Positions 52,644 to 63,180 are shown, numbered from the stretch's first letter. The stretch: DNA of 64,000 nt from an uncultured delta proteobacterium (GCA_963733195.1 CAVTCR010000052.1:35713-99712); one strand, 5' to 3'. Numbers and translations: made by a program. Notes: generated by a model not told the origin, from the letters alone.

Positions 52644-53855
52644 TTACGGCGCTACTTCAAACGGTCCCGGCAAACCAAGCTCCTGACCCATTTCTTTCAT
52701 GGCGGGCAGCACTTCTTGATCCATAAGCTGTAGACACCGCATCGTATCTTTGTGACTAATGGTACCGTCATTCGTCCATACCCCGAGAATGCCAGGACGT
52801 AGCGCTGTCAGCATCTGTCGCACTTTCTTGATGACGGTCTTCGGGCTACCAATGATTACACGATTGCTTTCCACAACTTTGTCCCACCCTGCAGCATCAA
52901 CACCACCGTAGAGCGGATCAGGCTTTAGTGCATGCTTGTATTGCTCCAGTAAGCGCTTCACGCCTTCGCGCGAGTTGTACCCCGGAGGAGCCATAAAATC
53001 GCCAGGCAACGGAACACGACCAACTCCAGCATTACCAACGAGAAACCCTTCACCCACCTCGTACGCTTTCTCGTCGGTGTCTTGTACGTGAATACGCACG
53101 AGGTAACCAAAGTTTTGTGGACCCGGTTCGTAGCCCACTTCGCGAGCAGCCTGAGCGTAGATCGACATTAAGTCGATTGTCACTTGTGGATCAGTCTCTA
53201 GATAAATATACGGATAGTGATGTTGTGCACACCACACTAACGTTTCTGGGCTGCCGATGCCAGGAATCCAGATCGGCGGGTGTGGCTTCTGTAACGGGCG
53301 CTCAAATGGATTGACGACACGGAACTGATAGTGCTTGCCTTCCCAGCGAAACGGGCCTGGGGTGGTCCATGTTTTGACGACGAGATCATGCGCCTCTTCA
53401 AAGCGCTCGCGATTGTAGACCGGATTAGTATTGGTGGCCCAAGTTTCGATGCCAGTGCCGCGCACGAAGCCAGAGACCAGTCGTCCACGTGAAATCATGT
53501 CGATCTCGGCGAGTTCTTCAGCGAGGCGTAGCGGGTTGTCGAAAATCGGCAGTGGATTGCCGAGCAATACGATCTTCGCTTTCTTTGTCGTGCGAGCGAG
53601 AATCGCGGCTTCAAGATTCATCGCTGCTCCGAGACACGTCGGTGTGTTGTGATGCTCATTGAGCATCAAGCCGTCGAAGCCGATGCGATCGGAGTACTCG
53701 TATTCGTCGAGATATTCGTTATAGAGATCGGCGCCGAGTGTGGGGTTGAAGTGTTTGTTAGGAAACGTCAGTCGCACAGAACTACGGAAACTGTTCTGTA
53801 CGTCTTCAGCTGTATAGTCGACATATGCTCGTTCGGTAAAACGCATGAGAAACAT
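52644..53855 (-). CDS. LLM-class flavin-dependent oxidoreductase
   Basis: GFDGLMLNEHH, DMISRGRL and PLQKPHPPIW. Confidence 0.9.
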   Translation of the reverse strand: MFLMRFTERAYVDYTAEDVQNSFRSSVRLTFPNKHFNPTLGADLYNEYLDEYEYSDRIGFDGLMLNEHHNTPTCLGAAMNLEAAILARTTKKAKIVLLGNPLPIFDNPLRLAEELAEIDMISRGRLVSGFVRGTGIETWATNTNPVYNRERFEEAHDLVVKTWTTPGPFRWEGKHYQFRVVNPFERPLQKPHPPIWIPGIGSPETLVWCAQHHYPYIYLETDPQVTIDLMSIYAQAAREVGYEPGPQNFGYLVRIHVQDTDEKAYEVGEGFLVGNAGVGRVPLPGDFMAPPGYNSREGVKRLLEQYKHALKPDPLYGGVDAAGWDKVVESNRVIIGSPKTVIKKVRQMLTALRPGILGVWTNDGTISHKDTMRCLQLMDQEVLPAMKEMGQELGLPGPFEVAP

Positions 53856-54238
53856 GCTGTCTCCCTCCTTCATGAAGGACACTACAACGTCTTCCCGTTG
53901 CACATCAAGAGAACAAAAGTCTTAACTTTCATTGATGAGGAGGTGCGGCTGCAACGAACGCAGCGCTATTTCTTTTCCAGAGCACGGATAGACTGCACTC
54001 TGGTCTTTTCCCACCTTTGCTTGAGAGTTTCTTGATTGCTCTCGCCTATCTAATCGAGACTTGATCACCTTTATAGCAGAGAACAAAAAGCCAAAAATCT
54101 ATCTGAAAAAATGCTGTCCGCCGGCCCACAAGCCTGTGCATATACATCATTACCCCGAAGAAAATTGATGTAAATTTGTATTGTTTAATCTCTTTTTGCT
54201 AGAATTGTACCTAGGTCGCTTGGGGGTTATGGGGGTGT

Positions 54239-54857
54239 ATGGTACAGCGTTTATCCGGTCTCTTTCTTCTTTGTTGTCTTTATAGTGCGCCAGTATATGC
54301 AGTGACGATTGTTGACGTTTCTGAAGTCTCCACAACCATTTGGCAAGAGTACATCAGCGAATGCGAGTGGATAGAAAATATCGAAATTCGCACAACAACG
54401 ACCTATCGGGATGTTTACTATAGCCATCCAATACTTCCCAACGAACCGGTATTTCCTGTACATACAGGCCTCACTCGTCCTCGGATCATCGCTTATTCCG
54501 GATTTCGCAATCCTTGCTTTCCTGAGTTCGAAGATGAAAATACCGTGATTCCTGACTATTGCACAGCAGAACTGCGATTCCCTGGCATGATAGGAGGGGG
54601 AGTGGGTAGGGGGTTCTCGCCGGTTCCGCTCTTTCGTGAATGGTCAGAACTGTCGGTCAGCTATAACCTCGTACATCATAATGAATGTGATCCTCGCTAC
54701 GACCCTACTCTTGACCCTATCCTTACTTCGACGCCTGAGCCTGTCGAATTGGATATTGGGCTTGAGTGGGGTAGCTATCGTTCTACTCACGCGGCTTCTT
54801 TTCGGTAAAAAAAAAGGGAATTTTCCTCCTGAAATTCCCGAGGCTCGGCGAAGGTAG
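54239..54857 (+). CDS. Secreted protein with a PEP-CTERM sorting signal hidden by a frameshift near 54743
   Basis: N-terminal signal peptide; removing one base gives TPEPSNWILGLSGVAIVLLTRLLFGKKK. Confidence 0.7.
54807..54839 (-). terminator. Rho-independent terminator, minus strand
   Basis: GGGAATTT-N8-AAATTCCC hairpin next to an A9 run, which is a U tract on the minus strand. Confidence 0.55.
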
Positions 54858-54948
54858 TGGCTACACTCCGCCACTGGGTCGGAAAGGCGAATAAGAAGAG
54901 GGAGTGTAAGGAATCTGAAACTGTCGGAGTAAGAAATTTTCCGACCAG

Positions 54949-55248
54949 CTAAAGGGTAATGCCCTTCTTTGCCAGCAACTTTTCAAGAGCTGCGAGCCAA
55001 CTCTGATAGTACGACGGCAGATCCTCAGGATGAGCATCAGGACCGGCATCCTGCTCGCCGGCAGCGATTTCTGCAATCAAATGATCGCGGAATTCATCCC
55101 ACTGATACAAACCTTGTTCACACAATGAGACTGCCATCGCAAACGCTCGTCGTTCCCAAGGATCGTGAAAGACTAGCTCACCGCTACTGCGCGGGAGTGA
55201 AGCTTTGCCGGCCATTTCAGCGATGTTGGGGTTCGTGACTCGGGACAT
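54949..55248 (-). CDS. Nitrile hydratase accessory protein (P14K-like)
   Basis: LPRSSGELVFHDPWERRAFAMAV, WDEFRDHLI and YYQSWLAALEKLL. Confidence 0.9.
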   Translation of the reverse strand: MSRVTNPNIAEMAGKASLPRSSGELVFHDPWERRAFAMAVSLCEQGLYQWDEFRDHLIAEIAAGEQDAGPDAHPEDLPSYYQSWLAALEKLLAKKGITL

Positions 55249-55513
55249 AGGTAAGGCTCTCTAGCTTTGCGCGTTTGTTCATGACGCAAGGGAATCGTCA
55301 ACATCTTCTTCGCTCTATAGCATACCGCTATTTGCCCCGCCACGGTAGAGAAATGGGGAGCTACGACTTCAAGACATTGCAGATGCATATTTTTTGCTTG
55401 ACAATATGGGCACTCTCGGTTTAGAGGGCATTGAGGGCGCTTTCAAAGAGGAGAACGTATACTGCTATTGCGAGACCCAAGAGGCAGGCCGTTCCCTATA
55501 GAAGGAGAGAAAC

Positions 55514-56848
55514 ATGAAGCTATCCCGGACAGCAATTGACTACAATGAACTCGTAAAAGAAGATCGAGTGCACGGCAGTGTGTATACCGACCCGGAGATT
55601 TTCGAAGAGGAAATCGACAAAGTTTTTCATCGAGGTTGGGTGTATATCGGCCACGACAGTGAGATTCCCAACCCTGGGGATTTCCGCCTCCGGAAGATCG
55701 GACGGCAATCGGTCATCATGGTGCGTGACGAGGACGGTCACGTCCAACTTTTCATGAACCGCTGTACTCACCGTGCTAATGCAGTGTGTCAGGTCGAACG
55801 CGGCAATACCAAAAAGTTCCGCTGTGCATACCATGGTTGGACGTTCCGAACCAATGGCGAACTGCTGGGAGTAACTTACAGCGATCGTTATGACGCATCG
55901 TTTCGTAAAGAAGACTTCGGGCTACGCAAAGTTCCGCGTATGGGAGTCTACCGCGGGTTTGTCTTTGGTAGCTTAAGCCCGGTTGGTGTGACACTCGATG
56001 AACACCTGGGACGACCGGCAAAAGAACAGATCGATCTCTTTGTCGATCTCTCACCGGTTGGCGAACTCGATGTCACTGCTGGTGTTCATAAATATGGCTA
56101 TCGTGCCAACTGGAAGTTTCAGATCGAAAACAGCATGGACGGCTATCATCCCAACTTCGTCCACCAAACCTTCTTCGACAACATTAAACGCAGGACTGGG
56201 ACGAATATCACAGGGGTGTTTGCCAGTAACTCAGTTGCTCTGACCCGAGACTTGGGAAACGGCCACGCGCTGCTAGATTTTCGTCCGTATAATAAAGCGA
56301 ACGGAGCAGGCCTTCGTGCCGCGTTGCCGACGACACCATCGGGCACTGCCTATCGTGAGGCAATGTTTGCCCGCTATGGGAAAGAGCGAACAGAGGAGAT
56401 TCTCACCTCCGGTGGTACACATTTGTTGGTGTTTCCGAACCTCGTCCTCATCGGCGTGCAAATCCGTGTGATCTGTCCGATAAAGCTCGACGAGACCGAA
56501 GTCTTTCTCTATCCGACACGGTTGAAGGATGCACCGGAAGACATAAACGTCACCCGGTTACGTGGTCACGAATCGTTCTATGGTCCAGCAGGGGGCGGGG
56601 CAACGGATGACCTGGAAATGTTTGAGCGTAACCAAATGGGTCTTAGTTCGCAGGTCGACCCTTGGTTGCTGCTTGCTCGCGGTCTACACCGCGAATACGA
56701 GGACAGCGATGGTACACTAGTTGGGCAAGTCACTGATGAGGTAACTCAGCGTGCAATCTGGAAGCAGTGGAAGAAGGTGATGACGCAAGGAGTCGTCGCT
56801 CCCGCCCGCCGACGTACAAACGGAACCGCGCGGCAGGCAACTCGCTAA
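55514..56848 (+). CDS. Rieske ring-hydroxylating oxygenase alpha subunit
   Basis: NRCTHR...CAYHGW, ENSMDGYH..FVH and DDLEMFE. Confidence 0.94.
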   Translation: MKLSRTAIDYNELVKEDRVHGSVYTDPEIFEEEIDKVFHRGWVYIGHDSEIPNPGDFRLRKIGRQSVIMVRDEDGHVQLFMNRCTHRANAVCQVERGNTKKFRCAYHGWTFRTNGELLGVTYSDRYDASFRKEDFGLRKVPRMGVYRGFVFGSLSPVGVTLDEHLGRPAKEQIDLFVDLSPVGELDVTAGVHKYGYRANWKFQIENSMDGYHPNFVHQTFFDNIKRRTGTNITGVFASNSVALTRDLGNGHALLDFRPYNKANGAGLRAALPTTPSGTAYREAMFARYGKERTEEILTSGGTHLLVFPNLVLIGVQIRVICPIKLDETEVFLYPTRLKDAPEDINVTRLRGHESFYGPAGGGATDDLEMFERNQMGLSSQVDPWLLLARGLHREYEDSDGTLVGQVTDEVTQRAIWKQWKKVMTQGVVAPARRRTNGTARQATR

Positions 56849-56879
56849 AGCCTACCGACGTTACGAAGGAGAAACAATC

Positions 56880-57353
56880 ATGCTTCCCGACCGTCATCAC
56901 GTTGAGAGCTTTCTCTATCGTGAAGCGCGGCTCATGGATAGTCATGCGTATGACGAATGGTTTGCGCTGTGGACCGATGACGCCTTGTATTGGATACCCT
57001 CCAACGATGATGACTTCGATCCACAGCGACATGTGTCGATTGTCTATGAGAACAAGGCGCGGATTGAAGATCGCATTATCCGACTCAAGAGTGGTGCGGC
57101 GTATGCACAAGACCCGAAGTCGCGTGTCAGTCGTGTGATCGCCAACGTCGAGATCGAAGAAGGGAATAGTGACGAAGTGACGGTCTACTCGACGTTTAAC
57201 TTAACAGCGCTGCGGCGCAGCAAAATGGATACCTTTGCTGGTCGCACGATCCATAAACTGCGACCAGACGGAAACAGTTTCAAGATCGCCTACAAGAAAG
57301 TACTTCTCGTCAACAACGATGAAGTCATCAACAACATGACGTTTCTTGTATAG
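56880..57353 (+). CDS. Ring-hydroxylating oxygenase beta subunit
   Basis: FLYREARLMD...W..LWTDDA.YW.P and FKIAYKKV.L.N. Confidence 0.93.
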   Translation: MLPDRHHVESFLYREARLMDSHAYDEWFALWTDDALYWIPSNDDDFDPQRHVSIVYENKARIEDRIIRLKSGAAYAQDPKSRVSRVIANVEIEEGNSDEVTVYSTFNLTALRRSKMDTFAGRTIHKLRPDGNSFKIAYKKVLLVNNDEVINNMTFLV

Positions 57354-57380
57354 GTTTCCTTTTTGATTTGTGAATGAATC

Positions 57381-57408
57381 GTAGGGGCACAGCGCACCGT
57401 GCCCCTAC
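57381..57408. repeat. GTAG REP hairpin between convergent genes
   Basis: gtaggggcac-agcgcacc-gtgcccctac. Confidence 0.8.
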
Positions 57409-57411
57409 CGC

Positions 57412-58068
57412 TTATATTGTGACCTTGGTCACGCCGATCATTGCATCCCGTGTAACAAGTGTGGCTAGAGCATCTTCAGTGAGGTGCTCAGTCTCTTTCG
57501 GTTGTTCGGGAAGCACCATATAGCGCATCTCAGCGCTGCTATCCCACACGCGAATTTCTACTGACTCGTCTAGATTAAGCCCAAACTCACGCAGGACACT
57601 ACGAGGGTCAATTACTACTCGTGAGCGGTATGGCGCACTTTTATACCACGTCGGCGGCAGACCCAGTACCGGCCATGGGTAGCATGAACACAACGTGCAA
57701 GTGACAACATTATGTATCTTCGGTGTATTCTCGACGACAACCATATGCTCGCCTTGTAGTCCACTGAAGCCGAGTTCTCCGATCGCTGCCGTTGCGTTGG
57801 TGAGCAAGCGTTTCTTGTAAGCTGGATCAACCCAGGCACGAGCGACAACTTTTGCTCCGTTCATCGGGCCAAGGTCACGTTCATACGTCTCAGCCATTTT
57901 GTCGAGCGTTGCTGGATTGACCAATCCTTTTGCTACGAGGAGCGCCTCAATCTTTCGTACCCGCTCTTCCAGTGCTTGAGTTTGCTCAGGTGTATGACGC
58001 TTTTGAGTCCGGGGATCAGATCCGGCGTTATGGTGGCTATGATCGTGGTCGTCGTGTTGTGTGCTCAT
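57412..58068 (-). CDS. nthA: Cobalt-type nitrile hydratase alpha subunit
   Basis: CTLCSCYPW claw motif (T/Y indicates Co type), [19 protein letters not shown] and a His-rich N-terminus. Confidence 0.96.
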   Translation of the reverse strand: MSTQHDDHDHSHHNAGSDPRTQKRHTPEQTQALEERVRKIEALLVAKGLVNPATLDKMAETYERDLGPMNGAKVVARAWVDPAYKKRLLTNATAAIGELGFSGLQGEHMVVVENTPKIHNVVTCTLCSCYPWPVLGLPPTWYKSAPYRSRVVIDPRSVLREFGLNLDESVEIRVWDSSAEMRYMVLPEQPKETEHLTEDALATLVTRDAMIGVTKVTI

Positions 58069-58158
58069 AGGAAAACCTCGAAAACAGTAGTCAGTATTCA
58101 GCATCCAGTAGTCAGACTATAACTGATTCCCTATCGATCGAGTGGGTTGGTAGGATCT

Positions 58159-58199
58159 CCGTTCGTCCTGAGCGTAACGAAGTGAAGTCGAAGGATGAA
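58159..58199. repeat. REP palindrome between nthB and nthA
   Basis: ccgttcgtcctgagcgtaacgaagtgaagtcgaaggatgaa. Confidence 0.7.
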
Positions 58200-58224
58200 G
58201 TATTATGCATATCTAGATGAAAAG

Positions 58225-59088
58225 TTATGACCGTGAGGACTTACGTTTCGCCAGCTTGGCTTTCGCTTTTGTCACCGTGCGTTTTGCCGTAGCCGTTTTC
58301 CTCTTTGCTGTTTGTTTTTTTGCTGCTGGTTTTGTCGTCGCAGTCTTGCGAACTGACGTTGCTCTCTTCGTAGGTCGTGCCTTTGCTTTCTTTGTTGCTG
58401 TGGTTTTTTTGGGAGCAGGTTGTGGTGATTCGATCGGAGTGAGGTAATCTTCCCAAAGGTCTATATATAGATGATCGCGTCGAGCGGCGCTGGGTCCCCA
58501 CAACTCGCGAGCATCAAATCGGACACAGTACAGTGGCTGTGGTTGTTCACCTTGGCCATGCGCGTTGGTATCTGGATAGACAAACGTGCCGTGAACGATG
58601 TGGATCATTCCCTGTCGGCCACGCACATAGCGGGGGAGGCGTGTATGTCCAGAAGGATTAAGATTTTTGGCTACGACACGGTCTCCGACTTTGAAACGCG
58701 GCTTGAGTCGTCCTTGGTTGCGACTAGATGGCGCTCCGCCGTTGACGACGACAGGAACCGCTTCGGGAGGAAGCGGTGGCTCATTGCTAATGTTCGTCGT
58801 CGAAGCGATACCACTATTCAGCTCTTCTGGTGTGATCACGCCTTTCTCGACGGCGAGGGTTTCTAATCCCGTAAGCCAATGCTCATAATAGGATGACTCT
58901 AGGTAATGCGCGGGGTCCATCCGTTCGATGGCATGGCGGAACGCATCAAGTGTATCAAGCCGTCCCATGCCGAGCATCAACATGGCGAACACCCGCCGCT
59001 CCCACGAAGCGTGGAAAAGAGGCTCATCTTTTTCTCGAATGACAGGCCCAAAGCAGGTCATGCCCCCCATATCGTGCACACCGTTCAT
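58225..59088 (-). CDS. nthB: Nitrile hydratase beta subunit with a Lys/Ala/Thr-rich tail
   Basis: MNGVHDMGG, FRHAIERM, HTRLPRYVRG and DLWEDYL. Confidence 0.95.
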   Translation of the reverse strand: MNGVHDMGGMTCFGPVIREKDEPLFHASWERRVFAMLMLGMGRLDTLDAFRHAIERMDPAHYLESSYYEHWLTGLETLAVEKGVITPEELNSGIASTTNISNEPPLPPEAVPVVVNGGAPSSRNQGRLKPRFKVGDRVVAKNLNPSGHTRLPRYVRGRQGMIHIVHGTFVYPDTNAHGQGEQPQPLYCVRFDARELWGPSAARRDHLYIDLWEDYLTPIESPQPAPKKTTATKKAKARPTKRATSVRKTATTKPAAKKQTAKRKTATAKRTVTKAKAKLAKRKSSRS

Positions 59089-59164
59089 ACCGTCTCTCCT
59101 CTCAGTGAGAACGGAGGCGAGCCTACCACCGGGTTCCAGTGAGATCAAGTTTCAATGTGGAAGT

Positions 59165-60085
59165 TTACGAAAATGGCTTGGTCGTTTCTTTATCTGACGA
59201 AGGCTGTTCCTCGGTTCTGGAGGCTTCAGAGAGAGCAGAGACAAGATGTTTCGGGAGAATTCCTGAACTGTAATGGTGCGCATAGACCCAGGTGAACTCC
59301 GCACCGATAAGGCATACCTGTACCGAGTAATAGACCCATAGCAAGATCACAATTAGAGACCCGGCTGCACCATAAGCCGAGGTTACACTACTATGAACAA
59401 GGTACCAACTGATCAGCCACTTCCCTAGCGTGAAAAGAACGGAGGTGACGGCTGCACCAACCCACGCATCACGCCATGCTATGCGTACCGCTGGAACGAC
59501 CTTATAAATCACGGCGACAAGGAAGGTGAGCAAGACGAAAGAAACGATCAAGTCTATCCATTGCCATAAGGCAGTACTTCCGGGAATGCGAGCAGTGACT
59601 GATTGACTGACTGCAGTCGAGGCCATACTGGCGACGAGCGACAGGAGCAGGAAAAAACCAAGCCCGAAGACCATGACCAAGAGAAACAGTTGGTCCTTCA
59701 GCCAACTCAGCAATTGATTACCTGGGTGGGGTTTGGCTCGCCAAATCGTATTGAGTGTACTTTGTAATTCGCTCATGACTCCAAGCGCGCCGAGAAGCAA
59801 GGTGAAAATTCCGACGATCGTTGGCAGCGTTCCTGAATCTGGACGGCTTGCATCTTTGATCGTTGCTTGAATGGCCAGGGCAATCTCTCGCCCAACAATA
59901 TCTTGCAACGCACCGACAATCTGATTTTCTGTGGCCTGAAGGCCGAAGATCGATCCAGCCAACGCCACCGCAATCACTAACAGTGGGGCAATGGCAAAGA
60001 TCGCATAAAAGGCCATCGCTGCTCCACGTTGGGCTGGGTTATCCTCGTACCATTTCGCAAACGTTTCTTTAATCAGTTGCCACAT
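59165..60085 (-). CDS. YihY/BrkB-family membrane protein
   Basis: AAMAFYAIFAIAP and SAYGAAGSLIVILLWVYYS. Confidence 0.92.
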   Translation of the reverse strand: MWQLIKETFAKWYEDNPAQRGAAMAFYAIFAIAPLLVIAVALAGSIFGLQATENQIVGALQDIVGREIALAIQATIKDASRPDSGTLPTIVGIFTLLLGALGVMSELQSTLNTIWRAKPHPGNQLLSWLKDQLFLLVMVFGLGFFLLLSLVASMASTAVSQSVTARIPGSTALWQWIDLIVSFVLLTFLVAVIYKVVPAVRIAWRDAWVGAAVTSVLFTLGKWLISWYLVHSSVTSAYGAAGSLIVILLWVYYSVQVCLIGAEFTWVYAHHYSSGILPKHLVSALSEASRTEEQPSSDKETTKPFS

Positions 60086-60150
60086 ATTGTCTCTACTATA
60101 GCCTAAGGCATACTCTCATTGTCGAAGGATCGTAGATAAAAGAGGAATCT

Positions 60151-60948
60151 ATGCAAGCCTTCTTTAGTGGAAACAAACCGCGCCTCTTTGCCCATCGTGG
60201 CGCGAGTGGGGAAACACCAGAAAACACGCTCGTCGCATTTCGCCGCGCTGTAGAGTTAGGGATTGGCTACGCTGAACTTGACGTCCATGCCAGTCGTGAT
60301 GGTGTTGTGGTTGTCAGTCACGATGCAACCCTCGAACGAACAACCGACGGTCATGGTCATATCCAGGATCGTTCCCTGGCTGAATTACAAAGCTTTGATG
60401 CAGGGTTCCATTTTTCTCCTGATGGTGGGCGGACATTTCCGTTTCGTGGCACTGATGTGAAAATTCCCACACTTGTTGAGGTGCTACAGAGTTTTCCCAC
60501 TTTACATCTGACTATCGAGATCAAGCAGACTGAGCCGGCGATTGAGGAATTCGTGATTGCGGCAGTGCGCTCGTGTAGACGTGAAGAGCAGGTCATCCTC
60601 GCGTCGGAGCATGACGCCGTGCTGGCACGTGTGCGAGTGTTGGCTCCCGAGATTGCCACCAGCTTTGCTTATGGGGAAGTCGTCGAATTCATTCAACGGG
60701 TAGCGACGAACCAGCTGGCGGACTACCGCCCACCTGGACAGGCATTGCAAATTCCACCGGAGTTTCAGGGTATCCCACTGGTGACCACACAAACTGTCGC
60801 TGCTGCACGAGCTCTTGGTTGTGAGATACATGTCTGGACTATCGATGATCCGCAAGAGATGGACAACCTCCTCAACTTAGGAGTTGATGGGATCATGTCC
60901 AACTTTCCCGCTCGTTTACTCGAAGTCGTGCGGCGTCGTCAGTCTTGA
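60151..60948 (+). CDS. Glycerophosphodiester phosphodiesterase
   Basis: AHRGASGETPENT, ELDV, HD.TL.RTT, IEIK, WTID and GVDGIMSN. Confidence 0.94.
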   Translation: MQAFFSGNKPRLFAHRGASGETPENTLVAFRRAVELGIGYAELDVHASRDGVVVVSHDATLERTTDGHGHIQDRSLAELQSFDAGFHFSPDGGRTFPFRGTDVKIPTLVEVLQSFPTLHLTIEIKQTEPAIEEFVIAAVRSCRREEQVILASEHDAVLARVRVLAPEIATSFAYGEVVEFIQRVATNQLADYRPPGQALQIPPEFQGIPLVTTQTVAAARALGCEIHVWTIDDPQEMDNLLNLGVDGIMSNFPARLLEVVRRRQS

Positions 60949-62261
60949 AACACCAAGTGTCCCGCGGTTTCCTGTGCTTGATACTTGGCTTCTATCTCGG
61001 GTGAAAGCACGATCTTCCGTGCAGTTGGGAATTTGTCACGCTCCAAGGTCGGGCGTAAAAAGTACTGCTCTGGTGTGAGCACCTCTGATTGGCTTTTGAG
61101 CGGAGCAAAAAACCATACCCGGGGAAGGACTCCTGGATTAAAAAAGACATCGCGATCTTTCTCCGACCACTGTCGCGTTTCATGTGCGTCGTGGACACTG
61201 TAGCGCATGTAATCCAATGTGACATCCCAGTAGTGATTGAATAGGATGCCATATCCTTTGTCGCCCATTGCCTGGTTGTGATGCTTAGCAATGCGAGTTT
61301 CGACAAAAATCAAATTGCCGTCCTTGTCGTATTGCTCGATACGCAATGGATAGAAGTAGTGCTTATCGAGCCAGTAGATAATGCGTGGCGCATAATAATT
61401 GGGTAACCAGTCTTCTCTCACTCGGGCTTCGACCACCCAGCATTCGACACCATTGTCTCCAGTATAGAATTGATAGGTGTCGCCCATCATGCGAATGTTT
61501 TTCGTAGGAATGTCATGAAGAGTGCCGTCAGCATCGGCGAGGGTAACGGTCGGTCGTGTATTCGGAAACCGCACAGTTTGAGAGAGAGTATCGACACCAA
61601 GCAGCTGCCAGGAGAATTCCCACGGATCACGACCAAAGATGTCATCAAAGCTTTCTGCGCCTTGCGCCAGTTTGTCGCCACGACGTGGCTGTGGTTGGCG
61701 TCGCACGCGACGTAGAGCGGGCGAATAGGCATACATATCCCAACGAGCGGCGGTGCCTCCGGCACGGTACTGAATCATGACCATCTGATTACCGAGATCT
61801 TCTGGAGGGAAAATATTCTGTCCAGTGATTTTTCGTGTTGGTTCACCAGGCACGGTTTCGTAGAGTTCCCCCGCGAACCCCTGATGACCGTCAGCATTTG
61901 GTACGTAAAAAATCGGACTGTACATTTTACTAGTATGAAGATAACCATGCGCGGTGAGTGCCCCGGTGACATCCATCAGATTGCAAGACCAACGCGGCGA
62001 GTGGCTAAACTCCATCGCCCGATAGCCCATCTCCTCGGCAGTGTAGGGTGGTTCAAACGGATAGCGTTCAGCAGGAAGATTTGGCAGCTGAGAATCACGG
62101 GGAGTGCTGTCTCGAGAATCAAATAGTTTACGTTCTTCAGCAGTTAGTTCGGTTACGAGACGCCAGGTTTTAGTTGGTGGGGAAGAGAGTGGAGCCTGCC
62201 CATAAGTCTCTCGCTGTGTCAGGAAAGAGATTATAAGAACAAGGAGGAATATGTACATCAT
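60939..62261 (-). CDS. Exported DUF1329/lipoprotein-sorting-like protein
   Basis: Signal peptide, YSPALRRVRR, CWVVEA and EQYDKDGNL. Confidence 0.7.
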   Translation of the reverse strand: MMYIFLLVLIISFLTQRETYGQAPLSSPPTKTWRLVTELTAEERKLFDSRDSTPRDSQLPNLPAERYPFEPPYTAEEMGYRAMEFSHSPRWSCNLMDVTGALTAHGYLHTSKMYSPIFYVPNADGHQGFAGELYETVPGEPTRKITGQNIFPPEDLGNQMVMIQYRAGGTAARWDMYAYSPALRRVRRQPQPRRGDKLAQGAESFDDIFGRDPWEFSWQLLGVDTLSQTVRFPNTRPTVTLADADGTLHDIPTKNIRMMGDTYQFYTGDNGVECWVVEARVREDWLPNYYAPRIIYWLDKHYFYPLRIEQYDKDGNLIFVETRIAKHHNQAMGDKGYGILFNHYWDVTLDYMRYSVHDAHETRQWSEKDRDVFFNPGVLPRVWFFAPLKSQSEVLTPEQYFLRPTLERDKFPTARKIVLSPEIEAKYQAQETAGHLVFQD

Positions 62262-62340
62262 AGACCCTTACTCTAACCCCTCCCGCATAGCAAGAAAGGG
62301 ACAAGCCTCCTTTTGGTTGATAGCTGACTGCTGACTGCTC

Positions 62341-63180
62341 TTATATTTTCGGTATGACTTGTGTCGCAAACCGCTCGATGCCACGGCGGAAGGTATCGGC
62401 ATCAGGATAGCGACCAAGACCCAAGACATAGTAGTTTGCCCCCGCGTCTCGGTACGCGGAGATGCGATCGACCATACTTGCACTTCCGCCTTCACCCTCA
62501 CGGATCATGCCGCCGACAATAAGTTCTGGGGCAGGGCGATTCCGTTTTTGCGCTTCTTCACGAAGATAAGCCCCGATTTGTGTCAACTCATCAGGTTTCA
62601 AGCCAATTGGATAATACGCCTCGCCAAACCGTAGTGTCCGTTCCAATGCTTTCGGGCCGCTGCCGCCAATCCAAATCGGCGGACGAGCAGGACGCGGCGC
62701 AAAAACAAACGGCGGAAATTGCACGAGTTTGCCCTCATATGAATTGACGTCGTTAGCAAACAGAGTGTGCAAGATCTGAAGCGTCTCGTCAGTAAGTGCG
62801 CCACGTTTGCGCGGATCGACACCGAGGACTGCAAATTCCTCTCGCATCCAGCCAACGCCGGCACCAAGAATAATCCGTTCACCTGATAACTCTTGCAGGG
62901 TTGCGACTTGCTTAGCGATCAGCACAGCAGGTCGGTAGGGAATCACGAGCACCGAGATTCCGAGACGAATCTTTTGCGTGATCCCGGCAAGGTAACCGAG
63001 CGTCATCAGCGGATCAAGGTAACGTCCGCCTGAACCCTCAGTTTGATCTGGGGGAATAGCGAGGTGATCAACGACAAAAGCAGCATCAAACCCACAGTCC
63101 TCTACTGCACGGGCGCATGCAGCGATCGTTTCCCGTGTCGATTGCGGTCCCATGTTGCGAATGACGGCACCAAACTTCAT
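62341..63180 (-). CDS. LLM-class, probably F420-dependent oxidoreductase
   Basis: VVDHLAIP, DPLMTL, GAGVGWMREEF and PPIWIGG. Confidence 0.9.
   Translation of the reverse strand: MKFGAVIRNMGPQSTRETIAACARAVEDCGFDAAFVVDHLAIPPDQTEGSGGRYLDPLMTLGYLAGITQKIRLGISVLVIPYRPAVLIAKQVATLQELSGERIILGAGVGWMREEFAVLGVDPRKRGALTDETLQILHTLFANDVNSYEGKLVQFPPFVFAPRPARPPIWIGGSGPKALERTLRFGEAYYPIGLKPDELTQIGAYLREEAQKRNRPAPELIVGGMIREGEGGSASMVDRISAYRDAGANYYVLGLGRYPDADTFRRGIERFATQVIPKI

Noticed and set aside
55325-55365. Cobalamin riboswitch-like gccccgccacggta near the Co-NHase accessory gene
   Set aside because: Only a short fragment matches; the other conserved B12-element blocks were not found
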